A stretch of 64,000 nucleotides of DNA from Longimicrobiales bacterium (lineage in GTDB: Bacteria; Gemmatimonadota; Gemmatimonadetes; Longimicrobiales; Gaopeijiaceae). Below are positions 58,733 to 64,000 of the stretch, in pieces. Position 1 is the stretch's first letter. Every line of letters starts with the position of its first letter. The notes beneath the pieces are model-generated. The model was not told the DNA's origin, made no database searches, and saw only the letters and a list, made by a program, of their open reading frames with translations. Made by a program: the position numbers and the translations under genes. The stretch is from assembly GCA_965226375.1 (NCBI GenBank), contig CBDDCX010000008.1, forward strand, positions 320,001-384,000. Reading direction: 5' to 3'.

Positions 58733-59836
58733 TCATCGTTCTTCCCAATCCAGGATCACATCAAGCACCCCCCTCGCGAGGGATCCGGAATCTGTTCCCG
58801 ACCAGTTGCTGGCGAGGACCACTCCGATGCCGTCGTCAGGCAACAACAGGATGTAGCTCCTGAAACCTGTGTCGCCGCCGCCGTGAGAGACCGTGCGGTG
58901 ACGGCGGTGCTCACCGAGGAACCAGCTCAAACCTACCGAAGCCGAGTTGGGGATGGCCCCGGTGGATGGCGTCCAAAGGTTGTCGTAGCTGTCTGCTTGC
59001 AGGATACGCACCCCATCCAGCTCTCCACGGTTGAGGTTTGCCAACATCCAGCGGGTCATCTGCCGTACGCTCGAGTTGAGCGTGGAGCTCGGCGCGTGCC
59101 GGCGATTGTACGGATATACGTCGCTCACCGTGGCCGGGTTGCCCACGTGACCCGTGGTGCGAAGGGACTCGTCGATGTCGGGGTGGATAAAAGAGCTTCG
59201 GTCCATGGCCAGAGGTACCAGGATGTTCTGGCGTATGTATTCCTCGAAGCTCAGCCCGGAGATCTTGGCGATCACGTCGCCGAGGGTGTCGAAAGCCATG
59301 TTGCTGTACCGGAAGCCGTCTCCCGGTGCCCACAGCATGCTCTCGGAGCTGATCGATCGCACGTACCGCTCCGCCGCTCCGTCATCGTATTGTGGCCGGC
59401 GCCACTCGTAGTCCTCCACGTCGGGCATACCCGAGGTGTGGTTGAGCATCTGGCGGATGGTAATCTGCCGGTATGCGGGATCCGCGAGCTCGAAGTAGGG
59501 GAGGTACTCGGTAACGAGATCGTCGAGTCGGACCTGTCCGCGCTCGACCAGCTGCACGATCGCCGTGGCGACAAAGGGCTTGGACACGGAAGCGAAGTGA
59601 AACACGTGGTCCGGCGTGAGCGGCTCAGCTCCACCGAGTCGCCGCTCGCCGAAGGCACCTTCATAGACGACTTCGCCGGCTTGGACCACGGCGGCGGTGA
59701 GGCCGGGGATACCCATCGCATCCACTTGGGCCTCGAGGTAGGCATGGACGAGACCCTCGGTGGCCTGTGCCACCACGGCCGTCGGCGCCCACAAGGCGAA
59801 GGTGGATAGGAACGCCATGGTCCCTGGAGTCCTCAT
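58733..59836 (-). CDS. Serine hydrolase (beta-lactamase class C-like), exported
   Basis: ASVSK (SxxK), LNHTSG, YSN, HGG. Confidence 0.92.
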   Translation of the reverse strand: MRTPGTMAFLSTFALWAPTAVVAQATEGLVHAYLEAQVDAMGIPGLTAAVVQAGEVVYEGAFGERRLGGAEPLTPDHVFHFASVSKPFVATAIVQLVERGQVRLDDLVTEYLPYFELADPAYRQITIRQMLNHTSGMPDVEDYEWRRPQYDDGAAERYVRSISSESMLWAPGDGFRYSNMAFDTLGDVIAKISGLSFEEYIRQNILVPLAMDRSSFIHPDIDESLRTTGHVGNPATVSDVYPYNRRHAPSSTLNSSVRQMTRWMLANLNRGELDGVRILQADSYDNLWTPSTGAIPNSASVGLSWFLGEHRRHRTVSHGGGDTGFRSYILLLPDDGIGVVLASNWSGTDSGSLARGVLDVILDWEER

Positions 59837-60089
59837 GTATCCCCTCTTTCAGAAGATCTCGATGCCGCCCGCGTCAGCCGGTTCGACTCTGCGATCACCT
59901 CGCGAGCTCTGGCGGCATCTGGCGGTGGGCGGTCGAAGCGAAAGAAGAAAATGCGGGACGGGCGTCGGATCGGCCAGCAGGGACCGCTACCTGGACCTCC
60001 AGCGCCCGACCCTGTGTGGGGATCCTTGCCTCCGTTCCAACCATCTGCCCCCACGACCCATCTGATTGAACAGTCCGTTGTCGGGGTAG

Positions 60090-60112
60090 ACATAGTATGT
60101 TATACATAGTAT
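60090..60112. promoter_or_regulatory. Candidate PadR operator upstream of padR-permease
   Basis: AT-rich patch ACATAGTATGTTATACATAGTAT: ACATAGTAT twice plus TATGT/ACATA inverted halves. Confidence 0.45.
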
Positions 60113-60195
60113 CGACGAACTCGAACGCAACCGACCGAAGGCGTCCGGATTTGAACGGCGTGATGAGACCGTGAACGAGGTGGAGCGGAATCGAT

Positions 60196-60531
60196 ATGAG
60201 TCTTGATCGGGAATGGATTCGGGGGGCAGCCCCGCTGGCCGTACTCACCCTCCTCGACACCCGAGAGATGTATGGGTACGAGTTGGTCGAGGCGTTGGAG
60301 AGGGGCTCCGGCGGTCTGCTCGAGTTGGGGCAGTCTACGGTTTATCCACTTCTCTATAACCTGGAGGGGCGGGGCTACGTGAAGCCGGTCCGGCGTACGG
60401 CTCCGTCCGGTCGGAAGCGGAAGTACTACCGAATCACGGCCGCGGGGCGGTCTTGGTTGGCCGGCCAGCAGGAGCAGTGGGCTACCCTCACGGAGGCGCT
60501 CGGTCGGCTCGGTGTGGCTGGACCCGGGTGA
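60196..60531 (+). CDS. PadR family transcriptional regulator
   Basis: EMYGYEL, STVYPLLYNLE..G, RKYYRIT.AG. Confidence 0.93.
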   Translation: MSLDREWIRGAAPLAVLTLLDTREMYGYELVEALERGSGGLLELGQSTVYPLLYNLEGRGYVKPVRRTAPSGRKRKYYRITAAGRSWLAGQQEQWATLTEALGRLGVAGPG

Positions 60532-62233
60532 ACCGCCCAGGCCAACGGGAGGCGATTCCATGACTCGGTGGGAGGGGGAAGCGCTCCCCCACGAAGTCGA
60601 GGAGACCATCCGGCGAGTGTTGAAGGCTGCCCAGCTGCCCTCCTTCGATCGGCCCGACGTCGAGGCGGATCTACGGGGCCATTTCGAGGACGGGCTGGCG
60701 GCAGGCCGTACGGTTCCGGAGCTCCTGGACCGGTTCGGCTGCCCCGACGAGGCGGGCCGCAAGATAGCCCGAGTGCGCGGCAAACATGCGAGCGATCTGA
60801 GTCATGGAAACGATGGGAGGTGGTGGATGTCCGTGAGGGAACTGTGCCGCGAGGCCAAGCTGTCGGCGAGAACGCTGATGCGTGCACCGGCGTTTTCGTT
60901 GTTAGTGGTGACGACCCTCGCCCTGGGCGTCGGGGCCAACACCGCGGTATTCACGGCCCTGGACGCCGTTCTGCTAGCGCCGCTTCCGTACGACGCACCG
61001 GAGCGCCTCGTACGCGTCTACGAAGTGCGGGCCGATGACGAGGGGCAGAGCACCGGTTTCCTGCGACCCGCGGCGGTCCTCGAGTACCGGGAGTGGGACG
61101 AGGTCTTCGAGTCCTTCGGCGTGATCGACAGCTACCGGGAGATGGGAGGTGACCTGACCGACGGGGACCAGCCCGAGCGGGTCATCGTGTCGCACGCCGA
61201 CATAGGACTCTTCGAGTCCCTTGGCGTCGAGCCGCTCAGGGGTCGATTCTTCCATGAGGAGGAGAGCGTCTTTCCCGGAGAGAGCTCGGATCGATCGCCG
61301 GGAGCTCCGGTGACCGTCCTGTCACACGGTCTTTGGGAGCGGCGCTTTGCAGCCGATCCCGGTGTGGTGGGCAGCACGGTCCAGCTCGACGGCAGCACCT
61401 TCGAGGTGGTGGGTGTCATGCCGCAGGGGTTCACCAACCCGTTCGGCAGTCCGCCCGATCTCTGGGTGCCTCAGGACCTGCGCATGGGTGGCTACAACAC
61501 CTGGGGAAACCACTACCTGTCTGGTGTGGCCCGATTGCGGGAGGGCGTGTCGATAGAGTTGGCACAGGACCGGATCGAGGCGCTCGTGGCCGGGCTCGTC
61601 GAGTCCAACAGCGACGCCGAGGGCTGGACGGTGCGGCTCCGCCCGCTTCGAGACGATGTGGTGGGTGAGAACCGGCGCACCATGCTCTGGATTCTCGCAG
61701 TCGCCGTGGGGCTCGTGCTCCTGAGCGCCTGTGTCAACGTGGGTAATCTGATCTTCGCACGGAGTTTGGGGCGCGGAGGCGACCTGGCCGTGCGTGGTGC
61801 GCTGGGATCGGGTCGTGCCAGGCTAATGGCGCACCTCCTGATGGAGAGCGGCCTTCTCGCGGTAGCCGGTGGGATGGCGGGAGTGGTTGTGGGCTGGGTT
61901 GGTGTCAGGGGTATTCTGCTGCTTGCGCCCGATGCCCTCCCGGCACTCATGACTCCCGAGTTGAGCTTTCGGGTCTTCATGGTCGCTCTGGCCGCGACCA
62001 CGGTGGCACTCGCTCTCTTCGGCCTGGTGCCGGCCCTCCGATTTTCGCTGACATCGCCCGCCGATGCACTCCGGGCAGGGGGCCGAGGCGGGACCGGGGG
62101 TCGGGGCCTACGCGGCATGCGCAATCTGCTGGTCGTCATCCAGGTGGCCGTAGCCCTCGTGCTCATGGTGGGAGCCGGACTGCTGGTTCGCAGCTTCTCG
62201 GCCCTCCAGAGAGTGGACCTCGGTCTTGCTCCA

Positions 62234-63300
62234 ATGGGGTATTGCCTTAAGTCCACCGCCCACTACATGTTGTGGTCATGGCGGTTCCGGCTTCTCAGCT
62301 CCGTGGCGGCGTGGACTATCCCCGTACGCGGCTGGAGCTGGACGAGTTCTTCCCCGACGATGCGGCATGCCTGGAGTACGTGGAGGGTCTGCGCTGGCCG
62401 GAAGGGTTTGTGTGCGTGGGCTGTGGCGGGTTGGGAGAGGTCTGGCGAGCATCGCGGGGGCGTCTCGTCTGCCCACACTGTCGAAGGCAGACCTCGGTGC
62501 TGGCGGGAACCGTGTTCCACCGCACGCGCTCGCCCCTGCGTCTGTGGTTTCTCGCTGCCTGGGAGCTCACGAGCCAGAAATACGGAGCCAATGCTCTCGG
62601 GCTCCAGCGCGTGCTCGGACTGGGAAGCTACAAGACAGCGTGGGTCTGGCTCCACAAGCTCCGCCGGGCCATGGTCCGACCGGATCGCGACCAGCTGAGC
62701 GGCGTTGTGCAAGTGGACGAGAGCTATGTCGGGGGCGTGGAGGCTGGAGTGCGGGGCCGCGAGACGATCAAGAAGGCCATCGTCGCGATCGCCGCCGAGG
62801 TCGACGGACGCAAGATCGGGAGAATACGGCTGCGTTGGGTGCCCGACCTCTCCGCTCCGGTTCTGCGAGGCTTCGTCAAGGATAGCATCGCACCGGCAAG
62901 CACGGTGCATACCGACGGATGGCCAAGCTATCAGGGACTCGCCAAACTGGGCTTTCGCCACACGGTCACGAACCTCTCGACCTCCGGCGATCCCGCTCAC
63001 GTGCTCATGTCGGCCGTACATCGGGTGGCGTCTCTCCTCAAGCGCTGGGTCCTCGGAACCCTCCAAGGAGGGATCGCCCGCGAACACCTCCCCTACTATC
63101 TGGACGAGTTCACCTTTCGCTTCAACCGACGCACATCCCGGGCTCGCGGCCTGTTGTTCTACCGCTTGCTTGAGCAGGCTGTTCAGTGTGCTCCCACGCC
63201 AGCTTCGGCCCTTTACCTCGGCACCGGACGTGGGAAACGGCCCGCAGAGCCCCGGTAACCACTATATCTTGGGGTCGGTGGACTTAAGGGAATACCCCCT
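62234..63300 (+). mobile_element. IS1595-family insertion sequence (1067 bp)
   Basis: IRs ATGGGGTATTGCCTTAAGTCCACCG / rc AGGGGGTATTCCCTTAAGTCCACCG; 8-bp TSD TTGCTCCA (62226-62233, 63301-63308). Confidence 0.93.
62278..63258 (+). CDS. IS1595-family transposase
   Basis: Zn ribbon CxxC...CxxC, QVDESYVGG, HTDGWPSY, YLDEFTFRFNRR; frame intact. Confidence 0.92.
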   Translation: MAVPASQLRGGVDYPRTRLELDEFFPDDAACLEYVEGLRWPEGFVCVGCGGLGEVWRASRGRLVCPHCRRQTSVLAGTVFHRTRSPLRLWFLAAWELTSQKYGANALGLQRVLGLGSYKTAWVWLHKLRRAMVRPDRDQLSGVVQVDESYVGGVEAGVRGRETIKKAIVAIAAEVDGRKIGRIRLRWVPDLSAPVLRGFVKDSIAPASTVHTDGWPSYQGLAKLGFRHTVTNLSTSGDPAHVLMSAVHRVASLLKRWVLGTLQGGIAREHLPYYLDEFTFRFNRRTSRARGLLFYRLLEQAVQCAPTPASALYLGTGRGKRPAEPR

Positions 63301-64000
63301 TTGCTCCAAAAGACGTCCTCACGCTGGAGGTCCATCTGCCGGATGCGCGCTACACCGACGGAGCCAGCCGACACGCTTTTCACGAGATGTTCCATGATCG
63401 TGTGGTCGGCCTTGCCGGGGTCGAAGCTGTGGCGGCGATCTCTTGGCTCCCCGTGAGTGGACGATACCACATCTGGAGCGTGACGCCCGACATCGACCGG
63501 CTCCGCGAGTCCGACCGATGGGTGGGCGTCGATGTTCGCGTCTTTGCCGGTGACTACTTCAATACGATGGGCATACCGCTGATGCAGGGCGAAGGCCCGA
63601 TGGATGCGGACCTGGAGGGATCCTTTCCAATCTGGGTAAACAAACTGTATGCCGACGTGATGTTCCCCGACGGCGACGCTGTTGGGAGCCTGATCAGGGC
63701 CTCCGGAGAGAGCCGGAGGATCGCCGGAGTCGTCGGCGACGTGGCTTTCGAGCCCCGAGGATCCACTTCCTACCAGATCTATATCCCACACGTGACCTTT
63801 GCCGACGACAGGAACTGGGCCCTGATCCAGACCGTGCGGGCGCGGGGTGACCTCGACGCGCTCAAAGAGCGCATCGGAGACGAGTTGAGGATGGTCGACG
63901 GTGAGCTCGTCCTGTTCCGGCCGCGCCCCATGCAGAGTCTACTGGCGTCCGCCCAGGCTCAAGACCGTTTCGCGGTGAGTCTCATGGGCATCTTCGCCCT

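Larger units (their letters stand above)
60560..64000 (+). pseudogene. ADOP/MacB-like duplicated ABC permease interrupted by an IS1595-family element; 3' end beyond the window
   Basis: TLALGVGANTAVF, LLSACVNVGNL, QVAVALVLMVGAGLLVRSF. Removing the IS restores VDLGLAPKDVLTLEVHLP in frame. Confidence 0.88.

Noticed and set aside
58733..59836. Antibiotic-resistance beta-lactamase (and penicillin acylase at 28610-30988 as a resistance gene)
   Set aside because: Only generic serine-hydrolase/Ntn-hydrolase motifs; these families are broad-specificity catabolic enzymes.
59840..60085. Short ORFs or structured RNA in the divergent intergenic region
   Set aside because: No recognisable motif, RBS or convincing structure.

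Overview
GC-rich bacterial window made of blocks with different character. (1) 1-11.9 kb: a divergent locus. The left operon encodes an amino-acid-type ABC importer, an arylsulfatase with an atypical CTTTR motif and an aromatic amino acid decarboxylase. The right operon encodes an SDR, a 3-hydroxyacyl-CoA-dehydrogenase-family enzyme, two cyclase-family hydrolases, IclR, a cupin and an aldehyde dehydrogenase. By my recollection of the literature, that enzyme set matches the phloroglucinol degradation pathway. Three related IclR-type palindromes lie at the two divergent promoters. (2) 11.9-16.6 kb: a convergent aromatic-catabolism operon (DUF1185, FAH, VOC, ketopantoate-reductase-like, MhpA-like monooxygenase) with several single-base frameshifts. 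(3) 16.8-25.9 kb: a decaying, partly AT-richer island. It holds an arylsulfotransferase-DUF885 fusion and an OsmC gene, each split by an apparently identical 1350-bp IS3-family element with its own 4-bp target duplication, plus ISL3, glycosyltransferase and sulfatase-maturase remnants. (4) 26-64 kb: many exported hydrolases and oxidoreductases typical of Gemmatimonadota/Acidobacteriota-like heterotrophs. These include a CBM9-cytochrome c-PQQ dehydrogenase fusion with a lanthanide-type DxD motif, a TRAP transporter, a molybdopterin oxidoreductase with an in-frame TGA, and a PadR/ADOP permease pair split by an IS1595-family element. The best candidate for an undescribed system is a co-regulated uptake/desulfation/phloroglucinol-degradation locus next to a phenylpropanoid-oxidation operon. 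All calls come from motif recognition by eye; no database search was run. No rRNA, tRNA or CRISPR array was seen.
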